Assembly (NCBI RefSeq): GCF_006345805.1
Contig: NC_043000.1
Location: 27,156,001-27,220,000, forward strand
Length of the DNA: 64,000 bases
Source of the DNA: Octopus sinensis
Taxonomy: Eukaryota
Reading direction: 5' to 3'
Part shown: piece by piece, positions 13,901 to 26,918 of the stretch
How positions within the stretch are numbered: the stretch's first letter is position 1
Layout of the letters: the number at the start of each line of letters is the position of its first letter
The notes under the pieces: generated by a model
Databases searched by the model: none
What the model was told of the DNA's origin: nothing
The model's input: the letters and a program-made list of their open reading frames with translations, nothing else
Made by a program: the position numbers and the translations under genes

Positions 13901-14520
13901 CATCAGCATTTTGTATGAGATATAGGTCGCTACTATATTTTATGATAGATTCGGAAAGGATCGATGGGCCACGCTTTCGCGGTCGGTCCGTATTGGTACT
14001 GAAAATCGAGACTGAGCGAGCAGAACCAATCGTGAAGTCAACGTTTTCTACTTGATCTTCGCTCCATTTTGAGCTCATAGCCAGGACTCGACTTAAAATA
14101 CCCCCACCCCTTTCTCACACACACACACATACACACATAAAAACACACACGCACACACCCTTTCTTTCCCTCTCTCTCCCTGTCTAAATATTCTCATGTA
14201 TGCAAACATCCCCCAAACAGCGGAATTAGTTGATCTGGCGATCAAATTCGAATTTCAATTAGATTTTATAGTAAATGCTGTCCACTTTAAAACCAGTTCT
14301 TTTTTCTATAAAGAAACTCAGAAAATGATCTCTCTTAAGTCTAGCGATAGGTACAAGTCTTTCGAGATAATCTTGATTCGAAAAGGATTAACTTTCACAT
14401 TTATACATAGGTTCTAGAATAGAAGCATAGACAAAATGGGGTGACTTGATAGTTCAGGATATTCTGCCAATTCAAGGATGTATTCTGTTAAGTCTGAATT
14501 AAGAATACTAATGTATTAAA

Positions 14521-14832
14521 TATAGTGGCCTAGTGGATAGAGCAGCGGACTTGCTGTGGAGGGATCGCGGGTTCGAATCTCCAACCGGGCTATATATGTG
14601 TTTATGAACGAAAAACCTAAGCTCCACGCGGCTCCGACAGAAGGCGAACTTCTGCTGACTCTTTCGTCACAACTTTCTCGCACTCTTTCCTCCTGTATCT
14701 AGCAGCTCACTTATAACGGACCGGCGTCCTGTCCAGGTGGGGAGCCTACACACTAGTGAAACCGGGAAACCGGCCCTTATAAGGCAGGCATGGCTCGAGA
14801 AGGAACAAACGACAATAACAAACAGCAACAAT
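14521..14832 (+). mobile_element. Third SINE family (tRNA-Arg-like head, A-rich caa tail)
   Basis: A box tggcctagtgg at 14526-14536, B box ggttcgaatc at 14570-14579, body motif acggaccggcgtcctgtccagg, tail ggcatggctcgagaaggaacaaacgacaataacaaacagcaacaa. Confidence 0.7.
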
Positions 14833-15375
14833 GTATCAAATTCAATACAGCGAAATCACATGCTTTTACTCTATTATGTTATAAATAAAGAATATTTTCC
14901 CAGGAAATTGATATCAATGATAGAATAATGTATAGAGATATACAAGAAAATTTCATTCCATCGAATACGAATTTTATTGTGACAATTTCGGAAAGACATA
15001 AAATGGATATTTATGGATATTTCCGTAATTTATCAAATTTTAAATGCATTATCTGCCAAATTAGAGTAATTGTCTTAAATGTGATTTCTTTTTTGCTGTT
15101 TTTTTCCCTTCGTTGTACAAGTAATGTTTTTACAGTTTGATAAAAACATCTACTAATTATTGCGCTATTGTTTCTTCCTATTCAAGCTGGAGTATTTAAT
15201 GTTATCGCTTTATCTTTTACTTGTTTCTGTCATTGATACGCGACCATGCTGGGGCAACAATTTGAATGGTTTAATCAAACAAGTGCCTCCCACGACCACG
15301 ACCACCACCATCGCCACCGTCTGTCTGTCTCTGTCTGTCTGTCTGTCTCTCTCTGTCTGTCTCTCTCTCTCGCAC

Positions 15376-15410
<35 letters not shown>

Positions 15411-16537
15411 CACACACACCACACCACACAGACACGCTCTCATATCGTTTCTTTCTACACATTTCACTAACAAGGCTTTAGTCGACCTGAGGCAATATTT
15501 CTTAAAAGCAATTATCTTCAAATCTATGACAAAAGCGTCGTCAATAAGTACACCAATTTTTAACTGTGCTGAACCTCCACCCAACGGTAAAGTGGAAAAT
15601 TCTTTTTAAAACACGATACAAATCGTTCTCTGCCTGTCCTACGAGTGATCGATATATGCAAACGAAAACAGCATCTCTTTCATATATATTGCACATAAGC
15701 AATATATTAACAGTGCAAATTAGCCTTAATTTCAGAAACTGTCCAAAAGATATAGAATGTTTTATACTCAGAAAAAGTATCCCATTTATTAGCAAGATAC
15801 TAAGGTTGTGGATACTATACGCTACAGCTATAAGCACTAGTCAACCATAAAATACCATTCTTGTTGCGGTGTGATAGAATATCTGCCTCAAGGATTCTGA
15901 AAGCTAAGCCAGTGGAGCCCAAAACCTTGGTAAGGCATCATCCCCACTATGCTGGACCACTCAAATGTGAGAGGCTAGTGAGAACTACTTCTTCCGAGAA
16001 GTAAAATGATTTTGTGTAGAACCAACATCCTTACGTAGAAACAAATATGATTATAGAAGCATCGATAAAAGTTCAAAACCAACAAGAGCTGTGATAGGAG
16101 GGAACCATTTGCTCAGGGAACCATTTGCGAAAAAGCGCAAGCGAGGATAGAAACAACAAGGGAATGTGAATGGAGACTGGGGATCTTTATCATAGTCCAG
16201 TCTATTACAACTATCCAGTAACTTTGTCTCTTCCACCCACCTGTCAGGGAGGCCCTGCAAACTGTCCTGGAGGCTGCAATTCTTCTTCCGATTAACTCAG
16301 AAACGTCAGGCATTCGTGCATTCAGAATAAAAAGAAAATACGAAAAACTAAGTAATATTTGTAAAGTATTAATTTAAATAATAGAAAAACCATATTATGT
16401 TAGACATTCGATTCTCGTGTTTGCACTATTAGGATATATAGACACTGATAATGCCAATTGAAATAATCAATAAATAGTTAATGGGTAAACGGCAACAACA
16501 TATATATATATATATATTATATATATATATATATATC

Positions 16538-16586
<49 letters not shown>

Positions 16587-17069
16587 AGTATATATATAAT
16601 ATATATATATATATATGTGAGTTATTTTCTGAGTATGCATTGTCTGGAGACTTTTATTGCAGTTGAAGAAATAGCCATATTTTTGGCTGCTATTTCTGAA
16701 AAGTTCGGTGTGTGGTAAAGTGAATTTTTTTACTTTACCATATTTTTATAAATTAATACTTCAAATACACCGTAAATGGTCTTTACATACCGAATACTGC
16801 TTGGTCGAATTTATTAACAATTAATTAATTCTACCCCCTTTTTTGATGACAATATAATACTTTTCTCTCCAAGAATTTGAACTGCAGTTTTTACCTCTGT
16901 AGAAATGTAATGCTCTATGACTCACGTGGGTGGACAGGGAGAATAATAGATCTCATTCGTATTTTTGGATTCGCTAGTACTGGGTGTCTGGCATGGTTTG
17001 TCCGATGTTACAGATATCGGACGGGTATGTTTGATTCTTAGTATTTTCAAATCTAAATAAGAAGAAATC

Positions 17070-17131
17070 TCTGAGCTGATGAAGGAAAAGTGGCGTTTTA
17101 CCCACAAATCCAGAAACAGACTGTCCTCGGG
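17070..17131 (+). ncRNA. Candidate type I hammerhead ribozyme (copy 1)
   Basis: CTGATGA at 17076-82; stem II GGA/TCC plus GTGG/CCAC; GAAAC at 17113-17; stem III ACAG/CTGT; GTC triplet at 17123-25; 6-bp stem I tctgag/ctcggg. One non-canonical feature: A opposite A at 10.1/11.1. Confidence 0.6.
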
Positions 17132-17632
17132 TATCGTATATGGATGTGATCTTTCATTGTTTTTCCCTTATACCTATGTGAGTTATTTTCTGAGTATGCA
17201 TTGTCTGGAGACTTTTATTTGCAGTTGAAGAAATAGCCATATTTTTGGCTGCTATTTCTGAAAAGTTCGGTGTGTGGTAAAGTGAATTTTTTTACTTTAC
17301 CATATTTTTATAAATTAATACTTCAAATACACCGTAAATGGTCTTTACATACCGAATACTGCTTGGTCGAATTTATTAACAATTAATTAATTCTACCCCC
17401 TTTTTTGATGACAATATAATACTTTTCTCTCCAAGAATTTGAACTGCAGTTTTTAACCTCTGTAGAAATGTAATGCTCTATGACTCACGTGGGTGGACAG
17501 GAGGAGAATAATAGATCTATTCGTATTTTTGGATTCGCTAGTACTGGGTTCTGGCATGGTTTGTCCGATGTTACAGATATCGGACGGGTATGTTTGATTC
17601 TTAGTATTTTCAAATCTAAATAAGAAGAAATC

Positions 17633-17693
17633 TCTGAGCTGATGAAGGAAAAGTGGCGTTTTACCCACAAATCCAGAAACAGACTGTCTCGGG
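17633..17693 (+). ncRNA. Candidate type I hammerhead ribozyme (copy 2)
   Basis: Same core: CTGATGA at 17639-45 and GTC at 17686-88. One C is missing after the cleavage triplet, which weakens stem I or reflects a consensus error. Confidence 0.5.
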
Positions 17694-17896
17694 TATCGTA
17701 TATGGATGTGATCTTTCATTGTTTTTCCCTTATACCTATGTGAGTTATTCTGAGTATGCATTGTCTGGAGACTTTTATTTGCAGTTGAAGAAATAGCCAT
17801 ATTTTTGGCTGCTATTTCTGAAAAGTTCGGTGTGTGGTAAAGTGAATTTTTTTACTTTACCATATTTTTATAAATTAATACTTTTATATTATATAG

Positions 17897-17928
<32 letters not shown>

Positions 17929-17940
17929 CATATTATATGT

Positions 17941-17981
<41 letters not shown>

Positions 17982-19004
17982 ATTATATATATATGAACAT
18001 ATATATATGTATGTATATATATATATATATATATACATACATATATATATATATATATATCTATATATATATATATACACATACATATAATATGTACGTA
18101 TGTATGTATGTATGTATGTATAAGGAGAGAGAAAAAAGATAGGGAGAGTATGAAAACAAATCGCTTGAAAGTATATTTAATATTGGATTAGAAAGAAATT
18201 GCAGAAATAAGTGAAAATATATAACTGGTAACTGGTAGGTATTAAATGGAAACAAAAATTACAAATAAAACAACAAAACAAACAAAAGCAATCAAAGGCA
18301 AGCTACTAAGAGCAAAAGTATGGTGGAATATATATTCATTGCAAGACTTTATCCATCAAGGGAATTAACCAATTCCATTCTGTTTAATCGTATAAGTCGA
18401 GGACAAACTTTCTAATTTATTGATGCCTGGCACTTAATCAGTTGACCTTTGCATACGCGAGCTTTCCTACTCTAATATTGCACCTTCCAGTAAATTGTGC
18501 ATAGCGGCTTTGACATTAAACAGATAAACACCCAACACACACGTATTGATGAATGAATGCTTTCTAGCTTTTCTTTCTTTCCCTCTCTGTAAACAAAACC
18601 ATGCGATTTCAGCAGCAGCTATATAACCACCAACCTAGTAATCCATCGTTAGTTCAATTGCCTGACTGAACATAGTAAATACTAAGTTCAAATCTCACCC
18701 AGGGGAAGGTTTTTAATAGATAAATGTTCTGTATTCATCCAGCTAATGATGTTGGGCTGCATCGATGTTGTATAAACATTTTATGCTTTCATTGTCGGCG
18801 TAATCGCTTATAGCGCAGGGTTTAAACTTTTCTTGCGTAATTATAACTGCAGGAATGTTGCAATAAATTTCTCAATTATCAGTTCCAGTTTATGATAAGA
18901 TATTCCTCGCCCAATGTCATTTTATATTCTCTGTTTGCATTTTCGAGGATACACACGCACAAGCACAATCACAAAAATATATCAAAAAATTTATGGATAG
19001 TGGG

Positions 19005-19049
<45 letters not shown>

Positions 19050-19087
<38 letters not shown>

Positions 19088-19308
19088 ATGCTTGATCGCT
19101 AACCACTAAACCTTTTTAAAAAATTTCTCTTTCTGTTTATTTCTGTGTTCCTTTCTTTTGAAGAGCGTAGTCTCGAAATGTAAAAGATTTTTCACTTCCT
19201 GCCTGAGAGTTAAACTAATACATCTGTTTGTTCTTTTACACACCCGTTTTCGTCTTTTGTGTTGTTGTTTTTTTGTAAATTCCAACTATATATATATATA
19301 TATATTCA

Positions 19309-19339
<31 letters not shown>

Positions 19340-20243
19340 ATATCTATATCTATACATATATATATTTATATATATGAGCATGTAAGTGTGTGTATATATG
19401 TATATTCGTATATATGACATACATGTATATACGCTTATGCACGCGCGCACACACATAGTCAGTCATACACAAACATACTTTTGCGTTCTCTCATACACAG
19501 AGGCACATACACGCACATTTAGAATTTAATAAGAAAACCGGGAAGGTGGAACAAACTCAGAGAGAAAGAAAGAGAATCAAAAGAGATAAGAAGAAAGATT
19601 AGTACAAGCATGTGCACAACAATTCTTAAATCCTTTTAAAATATGGATCATAATGATGTATTTATCCGTGTATTCGTAGAGTTAAGTTCTGAAATTTTTA
19701 TTCAAAATGATTCTCAAATAAATGTTCTTCCTTGTCTTTTCAAGAATTCCAATTCTTCCTCTATATCCAGCGGAACAGAAATCTGTAGAACATCCCCTAT
19801 AAAGAAATGAAAAAAACTGGTTAACTTTCGCAGACATGAGCTTGCACAACAGGCTGCCACATCCGTTCCAGTGTCAATTTGTCAAAGACACCAGTTGACC
19901 TCAAGAATACTACTTCAAAGTAAAGATATATGCATGTAGGATCGATTCTTTGAAGTATAATGGATTGTTGCTTCCATGATGTGGTTGTTTGTGACTATAT
20001 CGGGAATGGTGACATCCCACATCGATGAACATACTGAAAGAAAGTCATCACATCAGGGCAATTCTATTCTTCCATGAAGTATTTCCGCATATATTCTTCA
20101 CTTCCATATGTGGAGGTCATCTCCCACAATCGAATACACTACATACAGTGCTTGAAATACTTTCGGAACATCAAGCAAATATCTTCAAATTCACCACGTC
20201 ATTGCATGATTCAACGGTACAAAAATATTCATTCATATTTCAT

Positions 20244-20289
<46 letters not shown>

Positions 20290-20433
20290 CAAAACTGTCC
20301 GACGAACGGGAACGTGAAAATCTGAGTAACAGTTTTTCTGATATTTTTGTTGTTTTTTAATAAAGTATACACACACATACACATATACATACCTATGTAT
20401 ATATACATATACATACATACATACATACATACA

Positions 20434-20465
<32 letters not shown>

Positions 20466-20692
20466 AATATACTCTTTTACTTGTTTCAGTCATTTGACTG
20501 TGGCCATACTGAGGCACCGCCTTTAGTCGAGCAAATCGACTCCAGTAAGTCTAGTACTTATTCTATCGGTCTTTTTTCAGAAGCGCTAAGTTACGGGGAC
20601 GTAAAGAGACAAGCATCGGTTGTCAAGCGATGTTGGGGTGTCAAATACAGACATAAACATATACATACTCACATACATACATACGTATATAT

Positions 20693-20766
<74 letters not shown>

Positions 20767-21036
20767 CCATGCTTGATCGCTAACCACTAAACCTTTTTAA
20801 AAAATTTCTCTTTCTGTTTATTTCTGTGTTCCTTTCTTTTGAAGAGCGTAGTCTCGAAATGTAAAAGATTTTTCACTTCTGCCTGAGAGTTAAACTAATA
20901 CATCTGTTTGTTCTTTTACACACCCGTTTTCGTCTTTTGTGTTGTTGTTTTTTTGTAAATTCCAACTATATATATATATATATATCAATATATATATATA
21001 TTATATATATATATATTCAATATATATATATATTCA

Positions 21037-21073
<37 letters not shown>

Positions 21074-21943
21074 GAGCATGTAAGTGTGTGTATATATGTA
21101 TATTCGTATATATGACATACATGTATATACGCTTATGCACGCGCGCACACACATAGTCAGTCATACACAAACATACTTTTGCGTTCTCTCATACACAGAG
21201 GCACATACACGCACATTTAGAATTTAATAAGAAAACCGGGAAGGTGGAACAAACTCAGAGAGAAAGAAAGAGAATCAAAAGAGATAAGAAGAAAGATTAG
21301 TACAAGCATGTGCACAACAATTCTTAAATCCTTTTAAAATATGGATCATAATGATGTATTTATCCGTGTATTCGTAGAGTTAAGTTCTGAAATTTTTATT
21401 CAAAATGATTCTCAAATAAATGTTCTTCCTTGTCTTTTCAAGAATTCCAATTCTTCCTCTATATCCAGCGGAACAGAAATCTGTAGAACATCCCCTATAA
21501 AGAAATGAAAAAAACTGGTTAACTTTCGCAGACATGAGCTTGCACAACAGGCTGCCACATCCGTTCCAGTGTCAATTTGTCAAAGACACCAGTTGACCTC
21601 AAGAATACTACTTCAAAGTAAAGATATATGCATGTAGGATCGATTCTTTGAAGTATAATGGATTGTTGCTTCCATGATGTGGTTGTTTGTGACTATATCG
21701 GGAATGGTGACATCCCACATCGATGAACATACTGAAAGAAAGTCATCACATCAGGGCAATTCTATTCTTCCATGAAGTATTTCCGCATATATTCTTCACT
21801 TCCATATGTGGAGGTCATCTCCCACAATCGAATACACTACATACAGTGCTTGAAATACTTTCGGAACATCAAGCAAATATCTTCAAATTCACCACGTCAT
21901 TGCATGATTCAACGGTACAAAAATATTCATTCATATTTCATTG

Positions 21944-21976
<33 letters not shown>

Positions 21977-22138
21977 ATATATATAACAAAACTGTCCGAC
22001 GAACGGGAACGTGAAAATCTGAGTAACAGTTTTTCTGATATTTTTGTTGTTTTTTAATAAAGTATACACACACATACACATATACATACCTATGTATATA
22101 TACATATACATACATACATACATACATACATACATACA

Positions 22139-22170
<32 letters not shown>

Positions 22171-22415
22171 AATATACTCTTTTACTTGTTTCAGTCATTT
22201 GACTGTGGCCATACTGAGGCACCGCCTTTAGTCGAGCAAATCGACTCCAGTAAGTCTAGTACTTATTCTATCGGTCTTTTTTCAGAAGCGCTAAGTTACG
22301 GGGACGTAAAGAGACAAGCATCGGTTGTCAAGCGATGTTGGGGTGTCAAATACAGACATAAACATATACATACTCACATACATACATACGTATATATATA
22401 TATATATATATATTT
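19050..22415. repeat. Near-identical ~1.69-kb tandem duplication with (TA)n breakpoints
   Basis: gagagccatgcttgatcgc occurs at ~19081 and ~20762. The duplicated ORFs 20025/21723 and 20481/22186 match over their shared length. Confidence 0.95.
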
Positions 22416-22578
22416 ACGACGGGCTTCTTTCAGTTTGCCTCTACCAAATACACTCGCAATGATTTGGTCGGCCCGAGACTATAGTAGTAGATACTTGCCA
22501 AGGTGCCATACAGTGGGACTGAACCTGGAACCATGTGGTCGGTAAGGAAGCTACTTACCATACAGCCACCCCTACGCC
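22175..22578 (-). mobile_element. SINE family B, full length (its 3' half is also duplicated at 20470-20690)
   Basis: Reverse complement of the 8927-9365 layout. Confidence 0.85.
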
Positions 22579-22579
22579 T

Positions 22580-22610
<31 letters not shown>

Positions 22611-23736
22611 TATATATATATACATACATATGTATATACGTATATTTGCGTGTATATATGTATATATGTACGTATGTGTAACATTGTTCCCCACTGTCCA
22701 ACAGCGCTCATTTAATTACGTCCTTGTGACCTAGCGTTTAAGCAAGAGAGACCGAAGTAATAAGTTCAAAGGGTGATTTGTTTGAGTAAACCCTTGAGAG
22801 CGTTGCCCCAGCATGGCCTTAGTGAAATGACTGAAACAAGTAAAAGGTATAAGATAATATACACACACACACAGACACACACACACACACACACACATAT
22901 ATTTATAAATACATCTTTCCGCATATGTGTGTTTGTGTGTGTGTTTGTGTATGAAGAGATTTTGACTTAAAGCTGCATTACCCAAAGTTTCACTAAGGAT
23001 AAGGCACGTTTGGTCTTGTAGCAATTGATTTAGTTAATCAGTTTCTGGTCTTATGTCCACATCACCTGACCGATCAGAAGCGCCATTAAATCTATAAAAT
23101 TAATGCACACTAACATCACAAACTGCAGATGAAAATATTTAATCTGCAAAATAAACTTGAAGTGCAATTTTCTTTACTTGTAAAACTATATATATGTGTG
23201 TGTACGTGCGCGAGTATGTATGCATGCATGTATATATGCATGCATGTATATATATAAGCTTATATGCATGTGTTACAGGTTATGCCAATTAGGGTTTCGA
23301 AATACAACTTCGTGCTGCATATCAAGAACTTAATGCAAGCATTACATGCAATCTCTGATAAAAGTGTATTTAATTTAAAACTAATTGACATCGTAAACAT
23401 CAAAGCTAATATAATAGAAAATTTATGCAAGGAACTCATATAAATTATTATATTGCATTCAAAGAATATTTTTGAAATGTCAGCCCTTACTTTTTTATAG
23501 ATTCTCACACGATGCATTACAAATTCTACGGTGTTTGCAATTATATTAGCTGACAACATTAACATTTCCTGTTCTGTGTATTGTGTCTGTACTTGCTCTC
23601 CTCAAGTCATTTTACTCCTTTATATGTCTCATTTCAAATCCTTCCCAAAATCCAGTGCTCGCGAGGTCTCAAATTACTGAATAATGCTAATCAATAAAAT
23701 ACCGGTTGTATATCATTTATGATATATACACAAAAC

Positions 23737-24130
23737 AAGGTGGTGAGCTGGCAAAGACGTTAGAATGCCGGGCGAAATTCTTAGCGGTATTTCGTCTGCC
23801 GTTACGTTCTGAGTTCAAATCCCGCCGAGGTCGACTTTACCTTTCATCATTTCGCGGTCGATAAATTAAGTACCAGTCACGCACTGGGGTCGATGTAATC
23901 GACTTAATCCGTTTGTTTGTCCTTGTTTGTCCCCTCTGTGTTTAACCCCTTGTGAGTAGTAAAGAAATAGGTATTTCATCTGTCTTTACATTCTGAGATC
24001 AAATTCCGCCTAGGTCGACTTTGCTTTTCATCATTTTGGGGTCGATAAATTAAGTACCAGTTGCGTACTGGGGTCAATCTCATCGACTGTCCCCCTCCCC
24101 CCAAATTTCGGGCGTTGTGCTTAGAGTAGG
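23737..24130 (+). mobile_element. SINE family A with two body units
   Basis: Head aaggtggtgagctggcaaagacgttagaatgccgggcgaaa followed by two bodies. Confidence 0.85.
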
Positions 24131-24803
24131 AAAGAATATTTACACATTAACAGGCCGGGCAAAATACTGAGCGACATTTCGTCCATCTTGGCGTTTTGAG
24201 TTCAAATCCAGCCGAGGTTGACTTTACCTTTCATACTCTCATGGTCGATAAAATAAGTACCAGTCGAGTACTTAGGGTCGATGTTATCGACTTTCCCCTC
24301 ACCCGAAATTGGTGGCCTTTTGCCAAAATTTGAGACCAGTATGTACACAAAACACGAAACGGAAGAATGGGCAATACTTCGTCTGAGAATTACTTTTCAA
24401 AGAAATTTTTGTGTTGATAACAGGGCTTCATTGAAAACCTGTTGGGTGGTCAAGGAATGCTTCTGAATGTGTTTATCGAGACGTCGTCTTTTTGAAAGAT
24501 GTCTATTCAAGATGTGTCTCTGAGACAAAATATTGGTACCGTTCTATGCATGTATATACATCATAAATGTGTATACACACCTGTATTCTTCACCGATGTG
24601 TTTCAAGTGCGTATAATAATTTAATTCTAGCCCAGTTAGCTTTCGCACAAACCAGTAAGTGATTTCTTTACCGATTTCAATATCACAACAAGCATTTCCT
24701 CTCTTAACTCAAAACACCCGAGTTGTTTGTCACCGAAGAGACCAAATGAGGCTGAAACACGGTGTTTAGTGATACACAGGTAATCTAAACGAAGCCCTTT
24801 GTA

Positions 24804-25369
24804 TTGGGTTGTCCGGAAAGTCCGTGCCGATTTATAGTAGCTTAAATTTCGACTTTTTTTAGAACATGGTTGAGTCCATAAAATAGAATTTGACTAAACC
24901 TCCATTTAGAGCACAGTTTAAACTACCTTTTCGTGGAAGAAGGTTTATGTTCCTATAATCTGTGTTCATTCTGTAACCCTTTAAAATGGAATATAAGCAA
25001 GTTCACTTTCGACACGTGATGCTTTGGGAACCAGACAAAAATTGCTGTAGCTCGGCTGGGATGTGTTACCCCACCCTCCATATTCACCAGGTATTGCTCC
25101 TTCGGATTTCCACTTATTCAGGTCTCTGCAGAATCGTCTTAATGGTAAAAATTTCCATTCCTTGGATGACGTAAAAAGATACCTTGATGAATTCTTTGCC
25201 ATGAAACTACCTCAGTTCTGGGAAGAGGGTATTTTCAAGTGAAAGGAAATATGGAGATGCTTTGTGCAACAAAATAGTTCATATTTGGTTGATTAAAAAT
25301 ATAATGGCAATTATTTATTGACCTTTTTATTTCCTTTAAAAATCGGCACGAACTTTCCGGACAACCCAA
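24804..25369 (+). mobile_element. Internally deleted mariner transposon (566 bp) with TIRs and TA target duplication
   Basis: TIR TTGGGTTGTCCGGAAAGTCCGTGCCGATTT (24804-24833) and its near-perfect inverse ending at 25369; TA at 24802-03 and 25370-71. The N-terminus MEYKQVHFRH is fused to the C-terminus LGWDVLPHPPYSPGIAPSDFHLFRSLQ (mariner YSPDLAPSD motif). Confidence 0.92.
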
Positions 25370-25935
25370 TATTTAACACCTGATATAAGATATTAGTGCT
25401 AGCGCCGTTCTACTTACATTATAAACTTTGTTAATCATGCTGTTTTAATATAGGATGGTTTCGTGTGTATATGTTAATTTAATGTTAGTCAATGTTTGAG
25501 ATTCATTCGACAATTGATTGTCATGTTGGCAGTTGAGCCGCTTTGTAGGAAATGAATTATGCTGAATGGACATTCTTCTCGATTAAATGTTTTTGCAACA
25601 ATCTTAGGTAAAGCTTCCCTTTTCCAGTGCAATAAAAGGAAAGTAGTCGGTTCACATAGATCTTCGGTTGCATGCTTTTGCAGAAATTTTAACCAGCAGC
25701 AAAACGATTAAATACGTAATATACAAATTTTCTCCAGGCATATTACATAAGATATTTATGTTAATATTAATTGATTTACTTCATCCGTCTCTACGTTCTG
25801 TGTTCAAATTCCGTTGCGGTCCAATTTTAATTTCTTTATTAAAATAAATGCCATTTATCTGCAGAGAAAATTAATTAAATAACAATATTATAACTAGTGT
25901 TATAATCAAAACTAAAAATAGAACAGCAACGAACC

Positions 25936-26785
25936 ATGATAAAACGATGGCAAGAAGAGACCCTTCATGGCAAATACTGGACTAAACTAAATGCAAAAGA
26001 AATAGACAAAGAAAAATCCCAACAATGGTTGAGAAGCTCAGAACTCAAAGCAGAGACAGAAGGATTTTTAGTTGCAGCACAAGACCAAAGCCTCCCCACC
26101 AGAAATTACCAAAAACATGTAATGAAAAGAAATATTACAAGTAACTGCAGAATATGTGGAGATGGACAAGAAACAATAAATCATATTATCTCTGGCTGCC
26201 CAGTCCTGGCTAAGAAGGGATATATTCACAGACACGACAGAGTTGGGATATATATACAATAGAAACTATGCCAACATTATGGAATAACAACAGAAAAAAG
26301 ATGGTATAGGCACACACCAGAAAAGGTCACAGAAAACGAGAATATCTGGGATATGCCAATACACACAGATAGAGAAATTAAGGCCAACAGACCAGATATA
26401 GTTGTCAGAGATCATGAAGAAAAAAATGTTTTCTAATTGATGTATCAATACCAGCGGATGACAACGTGTCTCTAAAAGAAATGGGGAAACATTCAAAATA
26501 TAAAGACCTGGAAATAGAGGTAACCAGAATGTGGAATCTAAAAAAAAATAGGTGCATTAGGCATGATAAAAAAATATTCAGACAAATACATAACAAAAAC
26601 ACCAGGACTTACAAACACATATAACATACAGAAAATTGCACTACTAGGCACGCACACATCCTACGCAGAATACTTTCCATACAATAACCATCAGAGCATC
26701 ACAACAAATCACAGCACATACCCAAGGCACACAGAGCTGTGCTCGGTAGTGAAGTGAAAGCACGATATAAAAAAATATACTACTG
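25936..26785 (+). mobile_element. 5'-truncated RLE-type non-LTR retrotransposon (R4/Dong-like): zinc knuckle plus restriction-like endonuclease, frameshifted
   Basis: CRICGDGQETINHIISGC (CX2CX8HX4C), then RHD, IWDMPIHTDREIKANRPDIVV, LIDVSIP, KYKDL, IGALG and IQKIALLGT across frames. A (TAA)n tail follows directly. Confidence 0.88.
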
Positions 26786-26786
26786 A

Positions 26787-26801
26787 ATAATAATAATAAT
26801 A

Positions 26802-26839
<38 letters not shown>

Positions 26840-26875
26840 TAATAATAACAATAATAATAATAATAATAATAAGTA
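26787..26875. repeat. (TAA)n microsatellite, tail or target of the R4/Dong-like element
   Basis: Directly visible. Confidence 0.9.
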
Positions 26876-26918
26876 ACAACAAAAGACCTCGGTATTAGAT
26901 AAATAGAAGATTATTTAT

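Larger units (their letters stand above)
16616..17883 (+). repeat. Head-to-tail array of ~562-bp units (2.25 copies), both array ends at (TA)n
   Basis: tgtgagttatt starts at 16616, 17177 and 17739. The differences I found between copies are 1-2 nt indels. Confidence 0.95.

Noticed and set aside
14521-14595. Possible tRNA-Arg gene
   Set aside because: A and B boxes are present, but the acceptor and anticodon stems do not pair and the sequence continues into a SINE body and tail.
15850-16330. Possible 5' region of an RTE-type LINE
   Set aside because: Only vague similarity (accaacatccttacgtagaaac); no convincing endonuclease motif could be read.
23260-23620. AG acceptor-like sites (23278, 23500) and a 101-aa minus-strand ORF
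   Set aside because: No frame gives a recognisable protein with a matching donor; compatible with AT-rich non-coding DNA.
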